Shown here: positions 11,768 through 23,829 of the stretch, one piece after another
Numbering within the stretch: the stretch's first letter is position 1
Layout of the letters: every line of letters starts with the position of its first letter
NCBI GenBank assembly: GCA_946965045.2
Contig: OX337234.1
Span: forward strand, 310,001 to 374,000
Length of the DNA: 64,000 nt
From: Epithemia pelagica
Lineage: Eukaryota; Protista; Bacillariophyta
Direction: 5' to 3'
Notes under the pieces: model-generated
Told to the model about the DNA's origin: nothing
The model's input: only the letters and a program-made list of their open reading frames with translations
Databases searched by the model: none
Program-made: the position numbers and the translations under genes

Positions 11768-12751
11768 CTACACGGCCTTGCCAATCAAAAACAAGACGGC
11801 ATAATCTTGTTTGGTCGTACCGGCAATGGCCGGCATGGGAGCTCCTGGTCGCACGGGAAAATCGGCCACATTGGCTTGTTGTGGCGTGGCTACTGCTGCT
11901 GTTTCGGACGACGACGACGAAAGAATGGGTTGATAGCGGGCCGATCGACAGGGCAAATGCGTGACATCTCCCAGTACTGCACCCTCGTCCAAGGACCAGG
12001 TCCCATCAAGTCGCACCGTCAAACCCGTCATGACTTCTCGACCACCCGTAACCAAATACCGACCGGCCGGTATGGGAAAGGTGGGCGATTCCATAATCAA
12101 GCCATGTTCTTCAATCCACCAATCCTGGGGGTTGTACTGCCAATTGCCAATGGGTGCCACGTAGTCGCGTTGGACCAATTGCTGGTCAAAATTTTTCAAA
12201 TAGACTCCGCGAGGTCCCGGATCTTGACGCCAATAGCCCCAATCGTGGGCATTGGTACCGGACGATGCCGTGGGCGATCCCAAGGCGGCAATGTATTGCG
12301 TCGTGGGCAACCGGACAAAGCCAGCCGGGGTATACAAGGTGATGCGATACAATTGCCACGACGCGACACCCATGGCGCCCAACAAACCGGTGGCCACCAC
12401 ATTGATGAGAGTATTGCGCCGTTGTTGCGATTCGACCGCTTGCGATCGTTCTTCCATCCACAGCGGATCGAATTGTGCGGCTGGTTCGACAGTCTCTGTT
12501 GGATTCTCTTGCAGGGAGTCCGTGTTGTCATGGTCGCTGTTGCTGCTAGCTTGACGGCGGCTGGAGGATGGCTCCTTCTGCCACAAGCCTGTAGAAGTGG
12601 AAGAGAATGCGGTGCAGACTGGATGCAGGCGTCCAAGAGTCGGTGTGGTGGACAAGGACAATGGCCGCCTTGAAGTCAAACCAAAGGCAGCAACCATAGT
12701 ATAAGGGGTCCACGAAATTAGAAGTAGTAGCAGTGTCACCATCATCATCAT
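11768..12751 (-). CDS. Putative plastid (possibly thylakoid-lumen) protein of unknown function
   Basis: Signal peptide ending VAA|FG (diatom ASAFAP-like), Ser/Thr/Arg-rich transit region, then RRNTLINVVATGLLG (twin-Arg plus hydrophobic stretch). The rest is a compact Trp/Gly/Pro-rich globular domain (QYIAALG...DPGPRGV...WWIEEHGLIME...VTHLPCRSARY). Confidence 0.75.
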   Translation of the reverse strand: MMMMVTLLLLLISWTPYTMVAAFGLTSRRPLSLSTTPTLGRLHPVCTAFSSTSTGLWQKEPSSSRRQASSNSDHDNTDSLQENPTETVEPAAQFDPLWMEERSQAVESQQRRNTLINVVATGLLGAMGVASWQLYRITLYTPAGFVRLPTTQYIAALGSPTASSGTNAHDWGYWRQDPGPRGVYLKNFDQQLVQRDYVAPIGNWQYNPQDWWIEEHGLIMESPTFPIPAGRYLVTGGREVMTGLTVRLDGTWSLDEGAVLGDVTHLPCRSARYQPILSSSSSETAAVATPQQANVADFPVRPGAPMPAIAGTTKQDYAVLFLIGKAV

Positions 12752-13643
12752 GGTAGGGAAAAGAAATGATCAATCCAGAAACTTTTTGAAAAGAAAACAG
12801 TTTTGGCTGGTGTGCGCACTCTAGATTTTCTTTCGTTGGACAAGAGGACCTTTGTGCATCAACCAACGCCAATAAGTCCAGATCGCTTCTGGTTTCTGGT
12901 TCGACCGAGCAGAGCGAGAGCTATAATGCCGATGATCGATGTGTGCGCGCCATGGTCGCTCTCGGCAAAACACAAAAAAAACCACGTCACTGTGGCGTAC
13001 CAATGCTAAATGCTAAGCAATGCTATGTGGATATAGATTTTGCTTAGCCAATCAATATTAGCTCTGGTAGCTAAGGGACTATGAACGGATGGTCCTACGG
13101 CCTAGAAGGTATGGTGGCCTCCTCAGCACCGTCAAAAATCTTTCATCTCCGCTTCTTCTGCACAATCAATCACCACCTTCCGCAGGGAGAGATGTTCGCC
13201 ATCAGCTGCATCTCAGCTATCGAAAATCTTATGGTCTCTCGTGAGATGAGGAAGCAATCACTACTTTGTAGTGAGAGATGTTACATGGTGGCATATAGAG
13301 CTTCGTACAGGATTTGTGGAAAATGGATCATTGGAGCTCTAGCTCTAGAAGAAACAGAAAAAACGGGAATAAGGCTCTCTTTATCCTATGGTAGACAGAA
13401 CAAGAGCACAGCTGCTCGACCTAAAAGGAAAACGTTGAGTGTCCCTTCTATCTTCGGCAACTCGCATCATGATACCTTTCGATCCCTGCTACCAGTCCAC
13501 AAAGACAATATCCAGGATGGGAAACAATCGACCCAGAACACTACAGTCATGACCATAAAAGTTTTCATATCCTGGTGACCAGCACCCCGTCACCTCAAAC
13601 CCTCTTGAAACAGGGTCCGAATGAACATGAGTGTATCGTGATG

Positions 13644-14768
13644 TTAGCTTGGAACTTTGCCCATCTCCAACAAACGTGCAAAGAGCCAACTCTTCTTGTC
13701 CACAAGTGACAGTGTTTCACACGAAATTCTGTTTCCACTACTTTGAGTAATCACAGCAAGAGTATTCGACAAGGATATCATACCACAAATATCCCTCCTT
13801 ACTGTCAAGTCCGGAAGCTCCCACAACATGTTTCTCACAGTATCCAAAACCTCCACAGCATATACGGAAAAAAAGCTGTCATCGCATCCTCCTGCAACAA
13901 CAAGACAGGAACCTACTTGGACTGCAAATAATCGAGCTCTCGGTTTTTTCAGAATGAGTTCCTTGTGGACGGTCCAGGACTTTGTGGACAATGCAACACT
14001 GGATGTGGCAGTGGGAGCATCCAACCAGTCATCAAACTCCAAGTATTCGACCGATTCCGGGCAACTGGCGATTCCCCACCCACCAACAGCATAGATGCGC
14101 GAACGAACCACAGCCATTGCAAGTCCGCTTCGACCTTCTTTCAACGAGGGCCCAGATACGACCGAATACGGGTTCCCAGATGCGGTATCCAAGATATCAA
14201 CCGATGATACACAATTATCGAGGATAGAACTGCTTCCGCCCGCCACCACAATAAATCGGTCAGAAACAGAAACAGCGGCGCAGCTTAATCGTTTACTCGT
14301 CAAACGACAATTCAACATCTTCCATCCATTGGAGCTGTTACTGCAAGAAGAGGAAGACGATGATGAATGAAGTAAATCGCCGACATGGATACGTTCAATA
14401 GTATCCAAGGCAGTGTCGCCGTTGTATCCACCAATGACGTAAACAGCGCCATTGCATACCACAGAAGCAAGATTTCTTCGTTTTTCTTGTAAAGGCGGTC
14501 CAGTTTGCCATCTTAAATCGCCAACGTTCATGAGACTAACCAAATTTGTTGCACCATCAGAAATAGGGTCCGGCCATCCTCCCGACAACACCAACAACTT
14601 GTCGCGGTTCATGGCTGGATGATGAACGACAACCGACGCATGGCCCCAAACATACCGCCCCAAGAGTGGAGTCCAATTTTCACTAGATGGCCTCCACTGC
14701 GGTTCCATTTCGTCCTTTCTGTCGGCAAAGACCAATCCCGACAAGACAGCTTGTTCCTGGATCGTCAT
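13644..14768 (-). CDS. Kelch-repeat beta-propeller protein, array copy 1
   Basis: Repeats with GG doublets and W (VYVIGGYNG, IVVAGG, IYAVGGW, LVVAGG; RWQTGPPLQEKR) and the family C-terminus LVDKKSWLFARLLEMGKVPS. ATG at 14768 chosen by alignment to paralogues. Confidence 0.9.
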   Translation of the reverse strand: MTIQEQAVLSGLVFADRKDEMEPQWRPSSENWTPLLGRYVWGHASVVVHHPAMNRDKLLVLSGGWPDPISDGATNLVSLMNVGDLRWQTGPPLQEKRRNLASVVCNGAVYVIGGYNGDTALDTIERIHVGDLLHSSSSSSSCSNSSNGWKMLNCRLTSKRLSCAAVSVSDRFIVVAGGSSSILDNCVSSVDILDTASGNPYSVVSGPSLKEGRSGLAMAVVRSRIYAVGGWGIASCPESVEYLEFDDWLDAPTATSSVALSTKSWTVHKELILKKPRARLFAVQVGSCLVVAGGCDDSFFSVYAVEVLDTVRNMLWELPDLTVRRDICGMISLSNTLAVITQSSGNRISCETLSLVDKKSWLFARLLEMGKVPS

Positions 14769-16290
14769 CCTTGTGGGCCTTGGACTTTTTGTTGTGGAAC
14801 AGGTCGAAAAGGTCGTTACTCTACGAGAAGTGCTTGCTTTTTTGTGGCACCAAGACCCGTTTGGGTGGGTGCACATTGTTCTCTCCAAGGAACAAGGTTG
14901 TGTTTCGACTGAATGTTTCGTTTTCGTTCCTGGGAACTTGTTGGCGGGTTCCTGGAATCTTCTTGGCGTTAACACAATTCGACCGATCCAAATCCATCAT
15001 AGATGCTGTGTTGGGAGAATCAGTCGCCGTGTCGAAGGGAAAGCAGCGGGTTGAGAGGACACACCTCGACGGATCACCAGAGGTGCTGATTCGCACTGGA
15101 TCCCAGACAGGCGTGACATGTGCGTCAGAATGCTTTTGAGTCGAGAACGGTTGCTTGATTCGTCTCAGAGGGCAATCCGATGGACGACGTCCGAGCATGC
15201 ATATCTGATGCGTCGTTTTAGAGTACCATTCTCTTGACAAACGATCCTATACATTACGGACATCCAATGTTTGGTCCAGGTTCCGAAAGATCTACAGCTT
15301 GGCCACCTCCGCAAACCAACATGGTGGTCTCCTCAGCACCGTCAAAAATCTTCCATCTCCACTACTTCCGCACAATCAATCACTACCTTGGCAGGGAGAT
15401 GTTCGCCATCGGCTCCATCTCAACTATCATTGTTACCACCCTAGCCCAAAAACAACAGGCGATTCTTTTGCGAGGACGACGGCGTCGACCGGAACCCTAG
15501 GGTGGTCGTATAAGTTGAAGTTGCAATCGGAATGTTCTGATACTTGCCCTTGACTGTTTTCGTTGCTTCTTTTGCACTGCAATGTGCAAAGGATCGAGTC
15601 GTCGAGAATCATTGAGTGTTCCCACACTGCCCGACAGCATACCATTTACATGCATACACATTCATCACTATTTGTATCCCAGGTACAATGGCTTTCTGTG
15701 TTCGTACATTCATATCAATTTTTTTGGTCCCATCGTAAAGACTATATCTGCACTCATGTCAGCACATTCGTGTTCTCCGATGTTTTTGCAACCAACTGTA
15801 CAGAGAGCTCCAAGCAAAGAACAGTCCCCACAATAATTCACCGCAGGATCAGAAAGATCAGAGCAAGGCGCATACGTGCACGTAGATGTATCTGCTGACA
15901 AAGTACAGTAGGTTCTCTCATGACACGTGTGAAACCAATTAGCTTGCAAGCAATCTGACAGGAATCACCTAACCAAGAACAGTCCGCTGTGTACACAAAA
16001 ATATCTCTCCATCGTTGACATCAAGGCGTGGAACATCCCAGCACCCTTCTCCATCGTCAGATCAACAACAGTAAATCTTTGCTTTCATATCGCTCCTGAC
16101 CCACTATGGCCTGGCTAATACGCTTGCAGGAATTTCCGTAACGAAAACAGACGTCTTTGCCATCTCATCGCTCTTCATCAGTGATGCAACCAGACCCAGT
16201 TATTTTTGCGATCACACCTCTCTTCACCAGAAATTGTATTTCAAGCAACCTTGCAGGAATCTACCATCCAAGAACATTCGTCTCTGCCCC

Positions 16291-16365
16291 GTGCACGTAT
16301 ATTCCTTGCAATGACATGAGCTCTGCTCTGCAACGCACATGTCATTGCAAGGAATATACGGGCAC
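16291..16365. repeat. Inverted repeat/hairpin (23 bp perfect arms at 16296-16318 and 16338-16360, 19 nt loop), recurring in array spacers
   Basis: CGTATATTCCTTGCAATGACATG ... CATGTCATTGCAAGGAATATACG. Related imperfect hairpins at ~21559-21637, 27809-27881, 34376-34448, ~37727-37803 and 49960-50034. Confidence 0.85.
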
Positions 16366-16868
16366 GCATAACGTTCCCAAGAACAGTCGAGTCTGTGCTC
16401 ACACACATGCGACATGATGGTTCGGCTCATTCAGGAGGTCTTGGAGGTCGGGGTCCACCGCTCACGCTGTCCTTGGTCCGAGAGGACGACTGACTCCCTA
16501 TTTTTTCTTGCCACGATGTTGTTCTGGATGCTTACCCGTTTGCACTCCTTATCACCATGAACCCTTCATGGTATTGTATCGTCCAGTGGGTGTTCCTGTG
16601 GTCCTAGCGGGCCGGCAGATGCAGTACTTGTTGGACAACGGTCCGTTCCAAGAGGGACCAAACTGTCTCGTTCAACGAAGCAAAATCACCCGATCCAGCA
16701 TCCAACCCTGCATGCTGTTATTGATCAGGATAGTTTCACTCTCTCATGGATAAAAGTTGCCCTCATTCACACAAGAGGACAATGACCTTCCACTCAAACG
16801 CAAGGCAGCAACCATAATATTAGGGGTATAGGAAAGTAGAAGTAGTAGTAGCAGTAGCACCATCAACA

Positions 16869-17793
16869 TCATGGAAGGGAAAATACATGATCAAGAGACT
16901 TGCGTAGAAAACAGTTTTTGCTTGTGTGGGTAGTCAGCTGTATCAGGACAAAGTCCCAAGGCACCATCCGCCAAAACTCCTTTCTTATTGTTGTCGTTGT
17001 GATTGTTATGTGGATGAGGATGCACTGTGCGGTGGTTCCAGCGTCCAACAAAATGGGCGTACTGGTACAGGGCCGTCGCGCATTCATGTACAAATCGCGA
17101 GCAATCACGTGGGGTTGATCAGGTCGTCCACTGACGCCCAAACTCATGTAGGTATCTTCATGATCCAAGCCTCGGGTCAGTAATTCAAAAGCAATGGCAT
17201 CGGCGGCCATGGTGGACGATGTTCCATGCGAATGATGATCTGTACCTGCCGCTGCCGTTCCATCCAAGGTCCGCACAACTTTCCAACGAACTTGAAAATT
17301 GGGTGTTAAGGCTTCGCAATTGTAATGCGGTGGTGTGGCCGCAATCATGGTAGTGGGCAATTTGCGGTGAGTACTAGGTAGTAGTACTTGTTGTTGTTGT
17401 TGTTGCTGTTGTTGTTGTGGACTCGTTGTCACTTGGTACGAGGGAATTTCCATTAAATGTTGTGGTTGTGGTTTTTCTTCTTCTTTGCTGGTTTCGTTGT
17501 CGGGGTTCATCGGGTAAGACGATCCATTGTTTTTGTTGTGATGCTCTGTTGCTGGTTGTTGTGGTTGTGGTCGTCACTGGTTCGTTCTGGGCGGATGCAG
17601 CTTGTACCAAACCGTGCCGTGTGCTCGTGCTGCTTCCTCTGTGTCTGTCACACTCCCCACCCATAAAGACAACAACAAGGAATAAGAGTGCTGCCATACT
17701 AGTAAGCCACCGCCATTGGAGTGTTGTAGTCCTTGTGGTTGTCCTTGCGTGTCTTCCGACGGTGGGACGATGATTCGTGTTCCTCATCATCAT
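16869..17793 (-). pseudogene. Truncated, frameshifted secreted-protein gene with a partial DOMON-like domain
   Basis: The 17793 frame has a hydrophobic signal (WLTSMAALLFLVVVFMGG). A second frame has CEALTPNFQVRWKVV..IAFELLTRGLDHEDTYMSLGVSG, resembling a DOMON N-terminal half, and then runs into array spacer sequence. Confidence 0.5.
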
Positions 17794-19148
17794 TATGATA
17801 ATAATCGTTCCAGAACTTTTATTTGTGTACTATCCAACTGTCACTGCTGTAGGTGGGTATTGTTGTCGTTGGACAGAGAGTCGTCCATTCCCCTGGAATC
17901 CAAAGAGAGAGAGAGAGAGAGAGAGGCTCGTTCCTTTCACTACTGCTACTACTCGGAGAGCAGCGTGTCTCTCATCTGCCTTGTGTGTGTTCAAGCACAA
18001 ACAGCAGTAGGGATGCTACAATGTCGTCAACATGTAGAGACAGACAGATGTAGTATAATATGACGTCCAAATGAAACCAAGGATGTTCTGTTTGTGTTGT
18101 TGGTTTGTTTGTTTGGTGAGTTTGTTTGTCTATTGCTGTGATTCCAAAAAAACAAAAAAAGAGAGAAAGATGTCGAAGAAACACAGAAACAGCCAACAAA
18201 GCAGAACAGAAAACCTGGGAGAGCAACAACCAATCACACAATGGCACACTGTCAGACAGCGGACAGCTGCGCACCGACATGCATCATGTGGCGGCTGTCA
18301 CAACCGGACTGCATGACAGACTGTTGGAATGGCACTCCCGAGTCCCGAGAAAGGTGTGATTGTAATAGGAGTACTCGTAGAGCTACTCCAATCGAGTACC
18401 TCTAGAGCTCTAGAGAGGGAGGACAATGGCGGTAGACACTATGGGTATCAAACATGACACACCCTTTTCGCGTTCTCTTTTGCCTCATTCTTCCCGTAGG
18501 TACCTTATTAAAAGTCTAGCAGCGTTACCATAATCATGCTAGGGAAAATAAATGATCAACAGACTTGAGAGTAGAAAGTTTTTGGCTCTTGTGAGTCGCC
18601 CTAGCTTTGTTCGGTAGTAGAGTGGACGACCTCCTGCATTCACAAACACCAAGTCCAGATCTGTTCTGGGGTTCGTCCAAAAACAAAGACGGCACTAGAA
18701 AATCTTGCGCACCATGGTCTCTCGTGAGATGAGGAAGCAATCACCAGTTTAGTAAGAGAGGTGGCATATGGGGGCATAGAGAGTTTTATTCAGGATTTGT
18801 GGTTCGACTATGCTTCTTACAGAGAAAATGGATAATTTGAGGTCTAGCTTTAAAAGAAATTGGAAGGCTCTCTTTATCCCATGGGAGACAGAACAAGAGC
18901 ACAGCTTCTCGGCCTAAAAGGAAAATGTTGACCACTGTAGGTGTCCCTATCTATCTTTGGCAACTCGCATACTAATACCTTTTGCTCTCTGCCACCAGTG
19001 CACAAAGATAATATCCAGGATGGGAAACAATCGAACCAGAACACAACAGTCATGGCCAGAAACGGTTTCTATGCCGAGCTGTCGCGGCCTTTTTCAACAG
19101 AACCTCTTGACACAGAATCCGAAAGAAAAGCATGAGTGTGTTGTGCTT

Positions 19149-20273
19149 CTAGGTTGGAACTTTGCCGATCTCCAACAAACGTGCAAAGAGCCAACTCTTC
19201 TTATCCACAAGTGACAGTGTTTCACACGAAAACTCTTCTCGACTACTGCGACTAATCACAGCAAGAGTATTCGGCAAGGACACCAGGTCACAAACATGGT
19301 TCCTTACTGTCAAGTCCGGAAGCTCCCAAACCATGTTTCTCACAGTATCCAAAACCTCCACAGCATATACGGAAAAATAGCTGTCATCGCATCCTCCTGC
19401 AACAACAAGACAGGAACCCACTTGGACTACAGACAATCGAGCTCTCGGCATGTTCAAAATGAGTTTCTTGTGGATGGTCCAGGACTTTGTGGACAATGCG
19501 ACACTAGATGTGGCAGTGGGAGCATCCCACCAGTCGTCAAACTCCAGGTATTCGACAGATTCCCGGCAGGGGATACTCATCCCACACCCACCAATAGCAA
19601 AGATGCGTGAACCTACCACAGCCATTGCAAAACAACTTCGACCTTCTTTCAACGAGGGCCCAGATACGACCGAATACGGGTTCCCGGATGCCGTGTCCAG
19701 GATATCAACGGATGATAAAGGACTGCCGCTTCTAGAAATTCGTCCGCCCGCAGCCACAATAAATCGGTCACAAACAGCTACAGCGGCGCAGTTTAATCGT
19801 TTACTCGTCAAACGACAATTCAACATCTTCCATCCATTGGAGCTGTTACTGGAAGAAGAAGCTGATGATGAATGAACTAAATCGCCGACATGGATACGTT
19901 CAATAGTATCCAAGGCAGTGTGGCCATTGAATCCGCCAATGGCGTAAACAGCGCCATTGCATACCACGGAAGCAAGACTTCTTCGTTTTTCTTGTAGAGG
20001 CGGTCCAGTTTGCCACCTGTTCTCGCCAACGTTCCAGATACTAACCAAATCCGTTGCATCATAAAAAGACGTGCCCGGCCATCCTCCCAACAAAACCACC
20101 ATCTTGTCGTGGTTCGTGGCTGAATGATGAACGACAACCGACGCGTGGTTCCCCCCATGCAGTCCCATGAGTGGAGTCCTATTTTCACTAGATGGCCTCC
20201 ACTGCGGTTCTATTTCGTCCTTTCTGTCGGCAAAGACCAATCCTGACAACAACGCTTGTTCGTGGATCTTCAT
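19149..20273 (-). CDS. Kelch-repeat protein, array copy 2
   Basis: Intact 374 aa ORF colinear with copy 1. Confidence 0.9.
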   Translation of the reverse strand: MKIHEQALLSGLVFADRKDEIEPQWRPSSENRTPLMGLHGGNHASVVVHHSATNHDKMVVLLGGWPGTSFYDATDLVSIWNVGENRWQTGPPLQEKRRSLASVVCNGAVYAIGGFNGHTALDTIERIHVGDLVHSSSASSSSNSSNGWKMLNCRLTSKRLNCAAVAVCDRFIVAAGGRISRSGSPLSSVDILDTASGNPYSVVSGPSLKEGRSCFAMAVVGSRIFAIGGCGMSIPCRESVEYLEFDDWWDAPTATSSVALSTKSWTIHKKLILNMPRARLSVVQVGSCLVVAGGCDDSYFSVYAVEVLDTVRNMVWELPDLTVRNHVCDLVSLPNTLAVISRSSREEFSCETLSLVDKKSWLFARLLEIGKVPT

Positions 20274-23200
20274 CCTTGCGGGCCTTGGACTTTTTTTGTG
20301 GAACAGGTCAAAAAGGTCGTTATTCTACGAGGAGCGCTTTCTTTTTTGTGGCGTAAAGACACGTTTGGGTGGGTGCACACTGTTCCCTCTTAGGAACAAA
20401 AGATGTGTTATGAATGTGTTTCGACTGACTGTTTGCTTTTCGTTCCTGGAATCTGAAGGTTATGGGTGTTGGCGTTGATTACGACTGATTCGTGCTCCTT
20501 CTTCATCATACACAACTCGACCCATCCAAATCCATCAGAGATGCTGTGCTGGGAGAGTCCGTCGCCGTGTCGAAGGGAAAGCAGCGGAGGGGTTTCGATG
20601 GTTGATAGGACATACCTCGACGGATCACCAGAGGTGCTGAATCGCACTTGATTCCAGACAAGCGTGGCATGTGCGTCAGAATGCTTTTGAGTCGAGAACG
20701 GTTGCTCGATTCGTCTCAGAGGGCAATCCGATGGACGACATCCGAGCATGCATATCTGATGCGTCGTTTCATAGTACCATTCTCTTGACAAACGAGCCTA
20801 TACATTAGGACATCCAATGTTCGGTCCAGGTCCCAACATATCCACAGCTTTGCCACCTTCGAATTCCACCATGAGGCCTCCTGAGTCATGAGCACCGTCA
20901 AATACATCTTCCATCTTGGTTGCTTCTTCGGCACAATCAAGCCACGGGCATGTTCGCCACCAGCTGCACTCCACCATCATATTTACCAACACCCTTGCCC
21001 AAAGACAAGGGGCGATTCTTCTTGCGAGCGTGACGGCGACGACCGAAACACATGCCTTGCCTTGTTTTCCATCACCACAGTCATGATTGCTTCTTCGTCC
21101 TCCTTCTTCTTGTCACTACACTGTTCCGGAAAGGAATCGGCGTCCATCGTTCCAAAAGTAGCCAGAACGGCCCTGGGTGTCCTTCCAACAAGTCCTAGAA
21201 CAAGAATGGCTTGCATCGACAACCCGTACAATTTCATGATGATGTCTTGTTTGTGTCATTCTCTTCAGGAAATCGGCCCACCAGGTTGTGAATCACAATT
21301 TATGTATCGGATGGCCTTTCGCCACAACTAGTGATTGTCTCGAACGCCGGTGGAGGAGATCTTGTTGCCTTGTTCATTCAGGTCTCGAAAATGGGTACCA
21401 TCGCCTTTCCTTTTCCTTTGCTACAATGACCCATCGTCCATACCATTTGTCCAACATACATAGAGAGTGCAATCACAGCTCTCTCCCTCATCAATCAGCA
21501 ATGGTCTGGCAAGCATCCTTTCAGGAATCCATGAAGCAAGAACATTCGTCGTTGTCCCGTACGTGGGTATTCCGTGCAATGACATGAGCGCTGCTCTGCA
21601 ATGCTCCTATCAATGCAAGGAATAACCGCGCACGTATCATCATCAAGTTCCCAAGAACCGTCGAGTCTGTGCTCACAACATAATACTTGTGCATGATGGA
21701 TGACTGTCCATTGATATACCATCCCAAGCGCTACTCTGCAACACTCCTGTCATTGCAAGGAATATAATGACACGGATCGAGTTCCCAAGAACCGTCGAGT
21801 CTGTCCTCACAGAGTACCTCGTACGTTATGGATGACTGAACAAAAGAACCATTCGTAAAAGAAACACGTTCTCAAATACCAACGCCTGCTGTGTCATCAC
21901 AGTCATTGCGAGCAGTCCTGTACTATCTGCAAATCCAAATTCAAGCCGTCGACCCAAGAACACTCTTTTTGTTGGCCGCATTGGGCTTCGTTTCCACCAA
22001 TGCTTACTACTATACGCAATCAACCGTTGGTCGCAGAAAGAGCTACTTGGAACGTTTGCCATTCACTGGGAAAGAGACCACCCAGCCCGAAAAGGACTGG
22101 ATTCCGTCGGCAATGGCCGGATCGTACGGCTCATTCTGGAGCTCTTCGTGGAGGTTGGGGTCCACTGTTCCATACCCCAAGGGCTAAAACAACAAGATCT
22201 GCTTGCCCTGTTGATAGGGGACCCAGAAAAGACTTTTCTGGTTGTCCTCTCACAAAGACGAGTCCGTTACTTCTTGCCAAGATCTTCTTCTTCTTCTTGT
22301 TCAACCGTTAACAGCACTACTTAGTACCGTGAATCTTGACTGGTATTGGATCGTCCAATGGTTGTTCCTGTGGTAGCTGTGGCCGGCAGATGCAGTACTT
22401 TGTAGGACAAGGGTACGTTCCAACAGGGCCCGTTCTGTCTCGCTCCATGAAGCAAAATCACCCGGTCCATCCAAAACTGCATGATTATTGATCCGGAGAG
22501 TTTTACACGCTCATGAATAACAGTTGTCCCTCAGTGGCACACACGACGAGGACCAAACGGCCTGTTTGCAGTAGTCCCCCCAACAACGGCAGCCAACATA
22601 CTATCGCCACCGCCATTGCAGTTTTGTCGTGTGTCATGATGGTTGCGATAGTGGGTCAAGAATGGTTCGCATTCCTCATTCTTATAAGAATGATATTAGA
22701 TATACAACCACAACTCGGAGAACGGTCCATCTCTTATCTACCTTGTGTGCTCTTGCACAAAAACAGCAGCAGGGATGCTACAATGTCATCAACATGTAAT
22801 AGTAGAGAGACAACGAGAGAGATGTACGATGAATGCAAGCGAGGATGTCTTCCGTTTGCGATGTTGGTGTGTTGGTTTGTTATTACAAGAGTGTAACGTA
22901 TTGCTCTGTATGATATGGAATGATCCACAAGAGAACAAACGAGAGAGATTGAAGAACTGTAAACTTGGGAGAGCAACAACCACATATACTGTCTGCGCAC
23001 CTTGTCAAAACCGGACTGCATGACGGACTGTCCTGGAATCTAGGAGTAAGAGCGTATAGCTATGAGAACACATCTCCAATAGCGAGTACTCCTAGTGGCC
23101 ATCTAATATATAGAGTATGAGGACCATGATGGGTCCTCCGGAGACGGAAAAAACAAACAGGACGCCGAGAGAGAGAACCGTACGGCGTTGCGGTGGACGA

Positions 23201-23829
23201 GGAAGGCCTCCGGCGGCAGTCAGAAGGGGTCCAGGATATGAGAAAAAGTAGTAGTGCTACCATCATCATCCTGATAAGGAAAATCAATGATCAAGAGACT
23301 TGAGTAAAAGAAACACTCTTGGCTTGTACGGGCACTCTAGCTTTATTGTATGAAATCTAGAGAACCTTCTGCATTCACCAACACCAAGTCTAGAGCTTTT
23401 CCGGTTCATTAGAGACGGTGGTACAAAAAAACTCTTGCGCCCAATGATCTCTCATAGATGATGAAACAATCGAAACGAGGTCTTTGTACAAGATAGGTGG
23501 GTAAACGATGCTAACAAAGGAAGGATATTTTGGCTCTAACGATTGGTACTCATACGATGGCTCTTTCATCTTACGGGATAGGGGACAAGATCACAGTTTT
23601 TCAGGCTAATCGGAAAACCGGATGGCCAATGTAGGATGTATGCCCCTATCTGCCTTTGGCAAACCGCATACTGACACCACTAGCTCTCTGCTGCCAGTAC
23701 AAAGAGACCATTTCTAGGATGGGATACAATCGAACCAAAACACGACAGTCAATTCCTGGTGACCAGGACCCCGTCACCACACAACCTCTTGACACAGGGA
23801 CCGAAGAAAAACATGAGCTTGTTGTGCTG

